A DNA stretch of 64,000 nt from a virus (Duplodnaviria > Heunggongvirae > Uroviricota > Caudoviricetes): the IMG/VR virus record IMGVR_UViG_3300044295_000306. One strand, 5' to 3'. Of the stretch, positions 43,799 to 54,409 are shown piece by piece. The translations under genes were made by a program, and so were the position numbers. The notes beneath the pieces were generated by a model, which was not told the origin of the DNA, searched no databases, and was given only the letters and a program-made list of their open reading frames with translations. The first letter of the stretch is position 1. The number at the start of each line of letters is the position of its first letter.

Positions 43799-45589
43799 CT
43801 AACCTTCACATGCCAAACAAATATCATCATCACCGGCTAGCTTTTTCAAATCAATTTCTTCAATAACTTGTCTTTGTATTTTCTTTGATATCTTATCAGC
43901 TTTACCAATCTTTTCAGAACGACAATAATAAAGCGTTTTCATTTTCTGTTTCCATGCTTGGAAATGAACGGCATGAAGATACTTAATATTTACATCAGGT
44001 CTAAAAAATAAATTAACACTCTGCGATTGATCGATAAACTCTTGGCGATGCGCTGCATGATCAATAACCCATCTTTGATCTATCTCAATTGCCGTCTTGA
44101 ATATCTCTTTTTCCTCATCAGTCAATATATCAAGATGTTGTACAGATCCATCATTTGCAATAATAGATGACCAGATTTCTGGCAATTCTTCTTCACTTAC
44201 TTTAGTCTTTAAAACATTATCTAAAAACTTGTTCTTTGTTAGATAAGCACCAGATAAAGTATCTTGTCTATAAGCATTTGCTCTATATGGTTCTATAGAA
44301 GGTGACGTATTGCCCATAATAATACTACTAGAAGCATTAGGCGCTACAGACATTACATGACAAAAACGGAATCCAGTACCCGTTGCGTCAGGTGCTTCTC
44401 CTCTTTCTGCTCCAAGTTCTCTGTTGGCTTCATCCAGCTTCTTTCGAATATGTTTAAACATTTTCATATTAGCAGAAGTCGCTAATACGGATTCCCATGG
44501 TATATTATTTTTCTGTAAATATGCATGAAATCCTAATGCACCGACACCAATACTACGCTCACGACTGGCAGAATATTTAGCTCTTTTGATAGTATTTGGT
44601 GCATGTTTAATGAAATACTCCAATACATTATCAAGCATTTCGGCTACATCACGAAGAAATAGTTTATTGGACTTCCATTCATCAAAATATTCGAGATTTA
44701 CAGAAGAAAGACAACATACAGCAGTTCTATTCTTATCTGAGCAAAGTACAATTTCTGAACAAAGATTAGATTGTTTAATTGATAGACCCAATTTCTTTTG
44801 AAATTCTGGCATCATTCTATTACTTGTATCGATGAAATGAAGATATGGTTCTCCTGTATGCATACGCATTTCAAGGATTCTTTGCCATAATTCTTTTGCT
44901 GATATCTTTTCTTTTACTTCATCGCCGTGAGGATCTTTAAGTTCCCAGGTATCATCATAATTTGGATCGATCATGCTTTTTTCGATGATTTCCATGAAAT
45001 TATCAGTGATATTGATACCATGATGAAGATTTAATGCTTTCATGTTTTGATCGCCTGTTGGCTTTCTCATTTCAAGAAACATTAAGATATCAGGATGCGA
45101 TATATCGAGATAAGCAGCATACGAACCGCGTCTAGTCCTTCCTTGCCTATATGCAAGAGAACTAGCATCATAGGTCCGCAAATGAGGCATAACGCCAACA
45201 GATTTATCATCTGCACTTCTAATACCCACTCCAATTCCAATACCTCCCCCTAACATTGATAGCCAATTTACTTCCGACAAACAGTCAACCAAACCTTCCG
45301 CAGAATCATCCAAGTAGGGGAGAAAACAAGAAATAGGCAAACCACGCTTGCTCCTACCAAAAGAAAGAATAGGAGTAGAATAAGATAACCAATGCCTACT
45401 AGAATATTCATAAAGTCTTTGAGCGTGTTCAGTATTGCTAGAAAACATTTTTGAAACATATGCAAATCTTTCTTGTGGTGAAACTTCATCATCTTTCATA
45501 TAAGATTCTTTTAATCTTTTAATTCCTAATTCATCAAATAATTGATCCCTATTTAAATCTATCTCAATACCATGCATTTCTTTTTTCAT
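43799..45589 (-). CDS. nrdA: ribonucleotide reductase large subunit (short form, apparently without ATP-cone)
   Basis: active site NLCSEIVL, CCLSSVNL, C-terminal CLACEG redox pair. Confidence 0.8.
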   Translation of the reverse strand: MKKEMHGIEIDLNRDQLFDELGIKRLKESYMKDDEVSPQERFAYVSKMFSSNTEHAQRLYEYSSRHWLSYSTPILSFGRSKRGLPISCFLPYLDDSAEGLVDCLSEVNWLSMLGGGIGIGVGIRSADDKSVGVMPHLRTYDASSLAYRQGRTRRGSYAAYLDISHPDILMFLEMRKPTGDQNMKALNLHHGINITDNFMEIIEKSMIDPNYDDTWELKDPHGDEVKEKISAKELWQRILEMRMHTGEPYLHFIDTSNRMMPEFQKKLGLSIKQSNLCSEIVLCSDKNRTAVCCLSSVNLEYFDEWKSNKLFLRDVAEMLDNVLEYFIKHAPNTIKRAKYSASRERSIGVGALGFHAYLQKNNIPWESVLATSANMKMFKHIRKKLDEANRELGAERGEAPDATGTGFRFCHVMSVAPNASSSIIMGNTSPSIEPYRANAYRQDTLSGAYLTKNKFLDNVLKTKVSEEELPEIWSSIIANDGSVQHLDILTDEEKEIFKTAIEIDQRWVIDHAAHRQEFIDQSQSVNLFFRPDVNIKYLHAVHFQAWKQKMKTLYYCRSEKIGKADKISKKIQRQVIEEIDLKKLAGDDDICLACEG

Positions 45590-45605
45590 GCCTTCTCCAT
45601 TTTTA

Positions 45606-46259
45606 TTATTGTTCTAATGCTTTTGCTACATTCGGAAACTCATCTCCTATAATGTCCCAACATTGTTTTGCTATCTGTGCGTGTTCTTTCTGTGTTCCAT
45701 TTCCCATTCTTAATTGACAGTAATGAATCCAACTTCTCAATGTTCCTGCCATATACAGTCTGGATCCTGTCAGTCCTTCCGGTAATACTACTCTTGCTTG
45801 TTCTTTTGCAATACCATTATCAATAGCCCAACGATATGCTTTTTCTGCATACATTACCATTTCATTTTGATATAGGGACCATGCACTTTGTAAATCAGCA
45901 TTATCTACTTCAATACTATTTTGTCTGTTTTTGGTATCTTGTAATCTTGCTTCTCTTGTATGAAATTCCATAGATTTTGTAGGATCCGCATACCTTTGTG
46001 AGAATTCTTGAAATGAAAATGAACGATGACGTAATATCTGTCTTGCAATATCGCGTGTCGTATTTATTTCTACAACAATAGATACCATCTCAAAAGGACT
46101 CCAATGAGAATTCTTGATTAAATAATTAATCAATTTAAAACCAGCTTCATTAGTTTTCTGATTTGTGGGATTTGATATTCTAGCCATATATACAATCATT
46201 TCTTCGGCCGTCATATTATCTTCAGTTGGTGCAGTAACTCCAATTAATTTTACACTCAT
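45606..46259 (-). CDS. thyX: flavin-dependent thymidylate synthase
   Basis: ThyX motif RHRSFSFQEFSQRY. Confidence 0.85.
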   Translation of the reverse strand: MSVKLIGVTAPTEDNMTAEEMIVYMARISNPTNQKTNEAGFKLINYLIKNSHWSPFEMVSIVVEINTTRDIARQILRHRSFSFQEFSQRYADPTKSMEFHTREARLQDTKNRQNSIEVDNADLQSAWSLYQNEMVMYAEKAYRWAIDNGIAKEQARVVLPEGLTGSRLYMAGTLRSWIHYCQLRMGNGTQKEHAQIAKQCWDIIGDEFPNVAKALEQ

Positions 46260-46269
46260 AATATACTCC

Positions 46270-47337
46270 TTAATCGTTTGATTTCTTCCAATATGTGAAT
46301 CTTGTCATTGCTTTCAGATCAGAAACAGTATTCTTATCTATAATTTCATTTATTTCTGAAATCGGCATACCATTTATAATCATTTCATTTATATCTTTAC
46401 CATCAACATTATCTGGCCAAATTACAATATTTTCATGCTTTTTGATAGCTTTTCTCATCGCTCGAATAATCTCTCTATTCCGAGGCTCATTATCATATAT
46501 CAATACAGTCTTGATTTTATGATCCTTTTTGATTCTTTCTGAAGTACCAAGAAGATCGGAATTACATGCTGCAATGCAATTATTCAAAAAGAATGAATCA
46601 AACTGTCCTTCAACAATCATTACAGGCTTATTAAAATTAATTCTGTCTAATCCATATATCAACTTATCTTCACTCTCATTAGTTCTAAGTGTAATATATC
46701 TCAGTTTCTTTAAACCACTCTCTAATGCTCTACCAGAAATAGCTATAAGATTATCATTTGTGTCATAAAAAGGTATTACCACACGGGCATCTTCTTCTAA
46801 TTCTTTATCATGATCAGGATATACCTCATCAACAAATTTCTTATAATTTGTCGTAAATAAAAGATGTTTATAAACAAAATCAGGTAATTTTCTGTTTCTT
46901 AGATATAATCTACAAAAATGCTGTTCAGGTAAAACATCGCACCATTCAGCATTTTCATATAGTTTTCGTTTTTCATCTTTACCGAATTTTATTGCCGGTA
47001 TTTCAATCGGAGTATTAATATTCTTTGATGGTGTCTCACCAGATTTATATTTTTCTAATACATATTCATTATAAAGATTATTATCAACTTCTTTGATTAG
47101 ATTACCGAGAGATAAAGATTGTCCACAATTATGACATTTAAAAATAAGACTAGTAGTACGTCTAAAGATAAAACCACGTTTTTTAGACTGATTAGATTGA
47201 GAATCACCACAGAGCGGGCAACGGAAATTGAATAGATATTCTCCCTTTGTTACAAACTTATCTAGTCTAGAAGAGAGTAAATGCGTATATTTTAGATCAA
47301 TAAAAAGAGCCATAGTAAAATTCCAAAGAAAAAGCAT
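46270..47337 (-). CDS. DNA primase (zinc-finger + TOPRIM)
   Basis: CPLCGDS...CHNCGQS zinc ribbon; TOPRIM MIVEGQFDSFFL. Confidence 0.7.
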   Translation of the reverse strand: MLFLWNFTMALFIDLKYTHLLSSRLDKFVTKGEYLFNFRCPLCGDSQSNQSKKRGFIFRRTTSLIFKCHNCGQSLSLGNLIKEVDNNLYNEYVLEKYKSGETPSKNINTPIEIPAIKFGKDEKRKLYENAEWCDVLPEQHFCRLYLRNRKLPDFVYKHLLFTTNYKKFVDEVYPDHDKELEEDARVVIPFYDTNDNLIAISGRALESGLKKLRYITLRTNESEDKLIYGLDRINFNKPVMIVEGQFDSFFLNNCIAACNSDLLGTSERIKKDHKIKTVLIYDNEPRNREIIRAMRKAIKKHENIVIWPDNVDGKDINEMIINGMPISEINEIIDKNTVSDLKAMTRFTYWKKSND

Positions 47338-47823
47338 CAGACTATTTTACATAGTCCGATGCTTGTTGTCAACTACAATTTAACTTATTTTCTGAATAAT
47401 TTGGTCAATAATATAACCAATTACTAGAGCAGCACCAACAACAATCCATCTCCATCTTTCGATATCAGATATTCTTTCTTCTACCTTATCGAATTTTTCC
47501 ATAAGACATTGGTGCTGTTCCTTTTGCTCACGCCGAAGATCAATTAAATTAATACTTATGTTTTTAACTTCCGTTTCTAACACAGCTATCCTTTCGTTCG
47601 TGTCAAAAGATTCTATCGGGCTCATTACTTCTTACTTTCATCTTTCTTTTCAACTTCTAGCTTTTTATGAACTTTGATTGTTTTACAAACTTTTTTCGTA
47701 GTTCCATTTTTTTGTTGCTGATCAACACAAACTTGTTTTTGTTCAGCAGCTAAAGAGAAATTGAATGTTGTTAATGTTAATGCTAATGCCAATAAAAGTT
47801 TTTTCATGATTATTTTCCTTTAA

Positions 47824-48306
47824 TTAAATTTCAGGCTGTGGAGGTTGCATAGGTGCAGGTTTACCTCCAAAACCAGTTACTACTTGTGCATTAAAAACAG
47901 GTGTTACAGGACTAACAGGTGGTATATTTGTTGTTGTAACATATCCAGAACCAATTGGTGCTGTCAATGTTTGTGACATAGGACGTGGAGTTGATACAGT
48001 AGAAGCTATTGCGGGTTGTCTATTTGCAGCTTCTAATGCTTTTGCTCTAGATTCTTTATCATCACCAGCAAGCATAATACCAGAAAGAGTACCTGTCAAG
48101 AATGTTGCAATAGGAATAATAAGTTCAAAGAATTTATTATCAACAGGACTCATTCCATTCATTGGTTGTGTTACAAAGATAAGACTATACAACACAACAA
48201 AAACAATTCCAAATAATGTTAAACCAAGAATTAAACCGATAAAAAACTTCAATCGCGCATTTAATTCTTCTGACGTATATTTTTCGCCAAAATTAATCAT
48301 TGACAA
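47824..48306 (-). CDS. membrane protein with Pro-rich C-terminus (holin/spanin-region candidate)
   Basis: two TM helices; adjacent to endolysin. Confidence 0.3.
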   Translation of the reverse strand: MSMINFGEKYTSEELNARLKFFIGLILGLTLFGIVFVVLYSLIFVTQPMNGMSPVDNKFFELIIPIATFLTGTLSGIMLAGDDKESRAKALEAANRQPAIASTVSTPRPMSQTLTAPIGSGYVTTTNIPPVSPVTPVFNAQVVTGFGGKPAPMQPPQPEI

Positions 48307-48518
48307 GTTCCTTTACAAATAAGATTATTTCCACTAGATTTCTTTTCTTCTTTATCTTTTACATAATGTGATAAATCTTCTGGACAAGTTCCATTTGCAC
48401 TACAATATGGTTTCTTACAAAATGGCTGTTCCCAATTATCTGGATTCTGACATGGATAACGATATCTTTCTTCACATCCTAAAAGAACTAAAGCGAATAA
48501 AAGAATAATCTTTTTCAT
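48297..48518 (-). CDS. small Cys-rich lipoprotein
   Basis: lipobox LLGCE, multiple Cys. Confidence 0.35.
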   Translation of the reverse strand: MKKIILLFALVLLGCEERYRYPCQNPDNWEQPFCKKPYCSANGTCPEDLSHYVKDKEEKKSSGNNLICKGTCQ

Positions 48519-48520
48519 TA

Positions 48521-49144
48521 TTATATTCCTAATACATGCAATGCATGATTATAATGTTTAATTCGATCATCCAAACCTATTGTTCCACCATTGATTCTTT
48601 TTGTCAATGTAAGAATATCACCTTTATCTGCCCATTGATTCAAATTATTTGTTTCCCAGAACCAACATGCTGATTGAGCAGCACCTTCAAATGTCTGAAG
48701 ATATTCAGAAGCTTCCTCAACACTTATATTTATTGATGCAGCAAACCATGTATAATTATCTCTACCCGTCAATTGAATCAATCCTCTACCACAAAATCTA
48801 TAACCATCTCCAGTTGACTCATCACCATTACCCATTCGACTGGCATATACCCTATTTGCTATAGCTTCTTGTTTATTTGACTTACTTGCATATTCTTGCG
48901 CGAGTTCATCTGTCGGAAAATATTTTGGAAATACTTTTCTTAATGACTGCCATTTATAGTTAAGATTTTCTTTAAGAAATACAAATTCACCCGATTCATG
49001 GGCACATTGTGCTATAAACGCTGCTATTCTTTGTGGCGTGTTTATATCATAATCTGGTAATAACTGAGCTAATGCACGATGCCAATGATCAACATATGGA
49101 TTTTTAGGAAGTAATTGTTTTAATTGATCAAGTGTTAGTTCCAT
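48521..49144 (-). CDS. endolysin, glycoside hydrolase family 19 (chitinase-like lysozyme)
   Basis: AAFIAQCAHESGEF...GDGYRFCGRGLIQLTGRDNY GH19 signature. Confidence 0.8.
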   Translation of the reverse strand: MELTLDQLKQLLPKNPYVDHWHRALAQLLPDYDINTPQRIAAFIAQCAHESGEFVFLKENLNYKWQSLRKVFPKYFPTDELAQEYASKSNKQEAIANRVYASRMGNGDESTGDGYRFCGRGLIQLTGRDNYTWFAASINISVEEASEYLQTFEGAAQSACWFWETNNLNQWADKGDILTLTKRINGGTIGLDDRIKHYNHALHVLGI

Positions 49145-49355
49145 TATACTTTCCCCGCAATAGTAGAAGCTATATTAACTACATTAACAATCATATTTCT
49201 AAAATGTATGTTCTCTTCGAATTGTAAAGCTTGATTATCTATAGATTCTTGAAGAATTAATGTTTCAACAAGTTCTTTAAATTCACTTTCAGAAATTTGT
49301 TGTGCTTCATATAAATCTTTAAGTTCTTGCGCTTTTTGTGCTAATTCTTGTGGTG

Positions 49356-49799
49356 TCATTTTCTAGGTCTCTTTCCTATTACTCTTTGAATAGATTCGGC
49401 TGCCGATGATATCGATTTTAGTTTCAATTCACAATATGTCTTATTTACAGGTTCATTCTTTAAATATCTATTATTAAAATCATCAGCCATAATAAACAAT
49501 TTTTCTACTAATTGATATGTCTGCTCATTATCAGGTATATATTGTGAATAATGTTTTAAACCATATGCAGCATTATATAAAGATTGTGCATTTTCCGTCG
49601 AGGTATTTAAATCATAACAAGCGGTAATTGCAACAATTGATGCCGTTCTTATTTGTGTAACTTGTGTATATTCATATGAATCAAATGGCGCTATAGTATA
49701 TCTTTCATATAAACTCGTTACGGTACTACATCCCGAAAGCAATATAAAAGCAAATAGAATTATTATTTTTTTCATATGTGTATTTATTATAGTGCCCAC
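49356..49799 (-). CDS. lipoprotein (possible spanin component)
   Basis: lipobox LLSGCS after signal peptide; next to endolysin. Confidence 0.35.
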   Translation of the reverse strand: MGTIINTHMKKIIILFAFILLSGCSTVTSLYERYTIAPFDSYEYTQVTQIRTASIVAITACYDLNTSTENAQSLYNAAYGLKHYSQYIPDNEQTYQLVEKLFIMADDFNNRYLKNEPVNKTYCELKLKSISSAAESIQRVIGKRPRK

Positions 49800-50575
49800 T
49801 TAGTTGATAGATAATTTTTAACTGTAGTAATTTCACCTGAAGTTAGCGCGCGGGTCCAGAACATTAATTCACCTATATCTCCATCCCAATAATTTGAATT
49901 ACCAGTAGAATCAACACCACCATAGAAAGTTGATTCTGAAGCAGATGTTGTATTTGCTACCGTGCCTGTAAATGTTAATGAAAGATCATTACCATCTAAT
50001 TTGGATGTTAATCTAGTGGAATTATTAGACTGTGAACCATCAAATTTTATTATAATATTATGCCAATTTGTATCAACAACTTTAGTATCTACTGTAAAAG
50101 TAGCACCAGAAAATCCTCCAATCCATTGTGTACCGTTTTGACCCCATCTAAATCCATTTGTATTTGTCGTAGAAAGTATTCTTGTACCTGCACTTGTGTT
50201 TGATGAACGAAATAAAATTGCCATCGTCACAGCGGATAAACTTTGCATATAAGCAACAGGATTAATTGTCAATGATGATGTTGCCGCCGGAGAAAATCTT
50301 GCAGCACCTAATCCATTTTTAACGGGTGTGAAAAAAGTGGGTCTTTTTCCACCAGTAGAATTCCAATCATGTGATGTTAATCCACCAGCATTTTGCCATG
50401 AAGTTATATTAGTATTGTTAGCAAGAGGTGTTGATGTTTTATTAAATTGTAATCCATCATTAGCATAATACCATACTTGTAAAGATGGTAATGCATTAGG
50501 CGAAGTATATTGCCACCAAAATTGTGTTGTTGAAATACTAGCCATTATGCAACACCAGCACCCGAAATAAACCAA
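49787..50575 (-). CDS. tail-fibre-associated / structural protein
   Basis: Thr/Ser/Asn/Gly-rich beta-type composition, overlaps fibre gene end. Confidence 0.35.
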   Translation of the reverse strand: MVYFGCWCCIMASISTTQFWWQYTSPNALPSLQVWYYANDGLQFNKTSTPLANNTNITSWQNAGGLTSHDWNSTGGKRPTFFTPVKNGLGAARFSPAATSSLTINPVAYMQSLSAVTMAILFRSSNTSAGTRILSTTNTNGFRWGQNGTQWIGGFSGATFTVDTKVVDTNWHNIIIKFDGSQSNNSTRLTSKLDGNDLSLTFTGTVANTTSASESTFYGGVDSTGNSNYWDGDIGELMFWTRALTSGEITTVKNYLSTKWAL

Positions 50576-52407
50576 GTATTAGCCGTTACCTTAATAGCAG
50601 TTGCCATACCATATGGCGATATAGTTCTAGTTCCTGTGCTACCAATACCACCAAGATATAAATTATCCGTTGTTATTGCTACGTTTGCAGTAACACCTCC
50701 AGCAGTAATAACAGAAAATGTTGAACCAAGTGGAAATGACACAGATGAATTTGCTGGAATAGTAATAGTAGAATTAGCAGTAACGTATATATGTTTACTC
50801 TGATCAGCAATAGTTAATGTATAATTGCTTGATTGACTATTTTGAGGAATTCCTAAATAACCAACACTATTCGCTACACTACTATTAGATGCCGGCGATA
50901 ATACACTATTTGCAGTTAAAGCAGTATTCGCGTAATTAAATGCGGCTTGTGCAAACACATTAACAGTATTAGCAAACGCATAAGCTGAATCAGTCTTTAC
51001 ATTAACAGTATTAGCGAATGCATAAGCAGCATCAGTCTTTACATTAACAGTATTAGCAAACGCATAAGCTGAATCAGTCTTTACATTAACAGTATTAGCG
51101 AATGCATAAGCAGCATCAGTCTTTACATTAACAGTATTAGCAAATGCATAAGCAGCATCAGTCTTTACATTAACAGTATTAGCGAATGCATAAGCAGCAT
51201 CAGTCTTTACATTAACAGTATTAGCAAATGCATAAGCTGAATCAGTCTTTACATTAACAGTATTAGCAAACGCATAAGCTGAATCAGTCTTTACATTAAC
51301 AGTATTAGCGAATGCATAAGCAGCATCAGTCTTTACATTAACAGTATTAGCAAATGCATAAGCTGAATCAGTCTTTACATTAACAGTATTAGCGAATGCA
51401 TAAGCTGAATCAGTCTTTACATTAACAGTATTAGCGAATGCATAAGCTGAATCAGTCTTTACATTAACAGTATTAGCGAATGCATAGGCTGATTGTGACA
51501 ATACATTAGCTGAATTTGCTGTATCTCTTGCAAATTGATCGATGCCTGAGCCACCTGAGCCACCAGTAGGATCTTGTGCGATCCATTTGCTTGTTGATGA
51601 ATTATATGTTAATACTTGACCATTTGTCGCATTTTTTATACTATGATCCGTATCACCTAAATCATATAACCAATATGAACCTGAACCACCTGATGCAGAT
51701 AGTACACCAAAATCCGAAACAACTTTATTAATTCTTCTGCTAACATCTTCATTTAATTTTGTAATAGACTCACTAATCTTTGTGATATCACCAGGATCAC
51801 CTTTTTCACCTTTTTCACCCCTCTCACCTTTTTCGCCTTGCGGGCCAGCTGGACCTTGAGGTCCTATTGGACCTCCACTTGGACCTATAGGACCAATAGG
51901 GCCAGTGTCACCCTTATCACCTTTTGATCCTTTTTCTCCTTTAGGTCCGGGTTTACCTTGTGAACCTGGATCACCTTTATTACCTTTTGGACCAATAGGA
52001 CCTTCTGGACCAATAGGACCTTCTGGACCTACAGGTCCTTGTATTCCCGGATATCCTTGAATTCCTCTTAATCCTGTTTCACCACGCTCACCTTGTGGAC
52101 CCATAGGACCAATAGGACCTTCTGGACCAGGATCTCCTTTATCACCCTTTTCACCTTTGTTTAATTTAAGTAAAATACCATCATTATCAGTAGCAGTAAC
52201 TTCTGTTACTATTTGTTTTATTGGTTCAGGTTCAGGTTCAGGTTCGGATTCAATTACAAGTTCAGACTCTTGAATGAATTCTTCTTGAATTTCATTTTTT
52301 TCTGAATACTTTTTATTTTTTCTTGTTTTGAATAAAATTTCTTCAAAAAGAGATTTGTGTTCAGGTTCTTTATTCTGTTTTTCATCATATTCACTAAATT
52401 TTTTCAT
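50545..52407 (-). CDS. collagen-like repeat tail fibre protein
   Basis: ~45 G-X-Y triplets (GPEGPIGPMGPQGERGETG...) then 12 tandem 14-aa repeats SAYAFANTVNVKTD (42-bp DNA repeats 50940-51480). Confidence 0.6.
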   Translation of the reverse strand: MKKFSEYDEKQNKEPEHKSLFEEILFKTRKNKKYSEKNEIQEEFIQESELVIESEPEPEPEPIKQIVTEVTATDNDGILLKLNKGEKGDKGDPGPEGPIGPMGPQGERGETGLRGIQGYPGIQGPVGPEGPIGPEGPIGPKGNKGDPGSQGKPGPKGEKGSKGDKGDTGPIGPIGPSGGPIGPQGPAGPQGEKGERGEKGEKGDPGDITKISESITKLNEDVSRRINKVVSDFGVLSASGGSGSYWLYDLGDTDHSIKNATNGQVLTYNSSTSKWIAQDPTGGSGGSGIDQFARDTANSANVLSQSAYAFANTVNVKTDSAYAFANTVNVKTDSAYAFANTVNVKTDSAYAFANTVNVKTDAAYAFANTVNVKTDSAYAFANTVNVKTDSAYAFANTVNVKTDAAYAFANTVNVKTDAAYAFANTVNVKTDAAYAFANTVNVKTDSAYAFANTVNVKTDAAYAFANTVNVKTDSAYAFANTVNVFAQAAFNYANTALTANSVLSPASNSSVANSVGYLGIPQNSQSSNYTLTIADQSKHIYVTANSTITIPANSSVSFPLGSTFSVITAGGVTANVAITTDNLYLGGIGSTGTRTISPYGMATAIKVTANTWFISGAGVA

Positions 52408-52994
52408 TTCACACTTTCATATATTTTCTTTTGTTCCTTATACCAATCTTGCCATCCAAGTAATTGTTCTCTTACTTGGTAATAGGTTGAATAGTTGTCT
52501 GTGATGACTTTAAGGAGTTCACTTGCTTTAACATCGGAGGTTCCTTCATCAATTCCTCCGGAACTTCTGGCCACGACATTTTGACTGGAACTATTGTGGA
52601 GCATGATTGCAGCGTTAGACAAAGTACAGCTACTATCATATTGTGTAACAACTTTTTCAATGTATTTAACATTCTCATCACTAGTTTCCTTTATGACTTT
52701 TACTTTATCAATATACTTAATTCGTATATTATCACTAGCTTTCTTAGCTTCTTCTTCCGCATCATGTATCTTGTTTTGATATTCTTGCATTTGCTCTTGA
52801 TATTTTTTCTGATTATAATATATACCTTCTGCAAATATGGTAGAAATAATGATAATTATAGCTATTGGAGATAAAATAAACTTATATATTCCTGAATATC
52901 TAGATGCAAAATACGCAACTATACCTATTACCAATAGCGTATGTACTATCATTATTATACTTGATTCAGGTATAAACGAAATCCAAGAAATCAT
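52404..52994 (-). CDS. membrane protein
   Basis: two N-terminal TM helices. Confidence 0.35.
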   Translation of the reverse strand: MISWISFIPESSIIMIVHTLLVIGIVAYFASRYSGIYKFILSPIAIIIIISTIFAEGIYYNQKKYQEQMQEYQNKIHDAEEEAKKASDNIRIKYIDKVKVIKETSDENVKYIEKVVTQYDSSCTLSNAAIMLHNSSSQNVVARSSGGIDEGTSDVKASELLKVITDNYSTYYQVREQLLGWQDWYKEQKKIYESVK

Positions 52995-53422
52995 TTTAGT
53001 TTCTTTAAAAATGGATTTTTCTTCTTTGGCATTATACCCGGCTCACCTTGTTTTCCCACACCTATACCTGCTACATTACCAGCACCTGCCGAATTAACTG
53101 CAACATCTTCTTTCTTTAATTCACCACGTTCTTTTTCATAATCAGCTTGTTGCTTTTTCAATTCTTTCATTTTATCTGCCCAAAACTTGGCGCGAGCATT
53201 TACATCATATCCGCCACGTTTCAATCCAGCTTCAAATCTAGCTTGTGATGATTTTCTTTCCATTTCGTGAAGATGTTTAAAGTATTGAACTTGTCTTTCA
53301 CGTTTTTCAGCACCAGACTTTGATGGATAAGTGCCTAGATTCTTTCCTGTCTTTTTTGAAACTAATCTATATCCGCCAGATACTTTTTCTATATGTTCTT
53401 TAATTTCTCTCAGCGTTTTCAT
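52991..53422 (-). CDS. hypothetical basic protein
   Basis: 143-aa ORF. Confidence 0.35.
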   Translation of the reverse strand: MKTLREIKEHIEKVSGGYRLVSKKTGKNLGTYPSKSGAEKRERQVQYFKHLHEMERKSSQARFEAGLKRGGYDVNARAKFWADKMKELKKQQADYEKERGELKKEDVAVNSAGAGNVAGIGVGKQGEPGIMPKKKNPFLKKLK

Positions 53423-53810
53423 TTAATCTCCTAAGCATACTTGCTATATTCATATCAACAGGTATATCTGATGATATTATATTCTTATCGTTTATTCCTT
53501 TAACTATATTTGGCATATAATTAAGAAATATTAAAAAAGTCTTAAGTGCTGAATAACATTCTACATCTATATGATAAAACAACATCCTTGTTGAAGCTTC
53601 AATACCAAACACATTGTAAATTACTACAAGATGATTTAGTATCAATCTCTCTTTCAAGTCATTGTTCTTTAAATAACGCCTAAACAATTTCTTTATATAA
53701 TTTAATCTCTTTAAATCTTCCTTGAATTCACTTTTTATACAGTTAGGCTTTTCATAAGCTTTTGCAGCATAAAGTATAAAATTATCATTATTTAAAGATT
53801 CAAAGAACAT
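53400..53810 (-). CDS. hypothetical protein
   Basis: 136-aa ORF. Confidence 0.35.
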   Translation of the reverse strand: MFFESLNNDNFILYAAKAYEKPNCIKSEFKEDLKRLNYIKKLFRRYLKNNDLKERLILNHLVVIYNVFGIEASTRMLFYHIDVECYSALKTFLIFLNYMPNIVKGINDKNIISSDIPVDMNIASMLRRLNENAERN

Positions 53811-53840
53811 TATATAATTACTACTCCAACTTTCAGTTAA

Positions 53841-54398
53841 TTACGAATCAGCAAATATTGTATCGTCATTTCCATCGCTTGTCATTGAACCCATTGCTAC
53901 CAATGTTTCTCTATGAACACGACCAGCACGACCACCCATTGTTATGGTAAATGATGCATTAGCATTTGTCGCTGTTGCTGAAGGCGCTGATGTGTAAAGA
54001 CCAGGTGTTAAAACATTGATTGCAAGAATCAATTTCGATGTTGCATTTACAGAAATTTGCGCGTTAGCAGCTAATGTTCCTTTACCGCCACCAGAAAAGC
54101 TTAGATAAACATTACCATCTGGACTATAAGCACCACTATTAGCAGTAATTGAAACAATCGGACCTGCACCAAGTGTAACTAGATTCCATCCAGCATGACC
54201 ACCTTTTGGATTTGCAGCAACTCCTTGTTCTGTTGCATCTACACCAAATATACCAACACCTTTATTAGTCTGGACTAAACTCATTTGAGTATTATCATAG
54301 ATAACATCGACGTTTGACTGTGTATTCTGTAATTTTACAGTTGAAGGTGCAAACTTTGGTACGCTTGTATTTGCGTCTGTATTAGACCATAGGGACAT
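53841..54398 (-). CDS. structural protein (Gly/Ala/Thr-rich)
   Basis: composition typical of fibre/baseplate beta proteins. Confidence 0.35.
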   Translation of the reverse strand: MSLWSNTDANTSVPKFAPSTVKLQNTQSNVDVIYDNTQMSLVQTNKGVGIFGVDATEQGVAANPKGGHAGWNLVTLGAGPIVSITANSGAYSPDGNVYLSFSGGGKGTLAANAQISVNATSKLILAINVLTPGLYTSAPSATATNANASFTITMGGRAGRVHRETLVAMGSMTSDGNDDTIFADS

Positions 54399-54409
54399 TT
54401 CTTTCTCCT

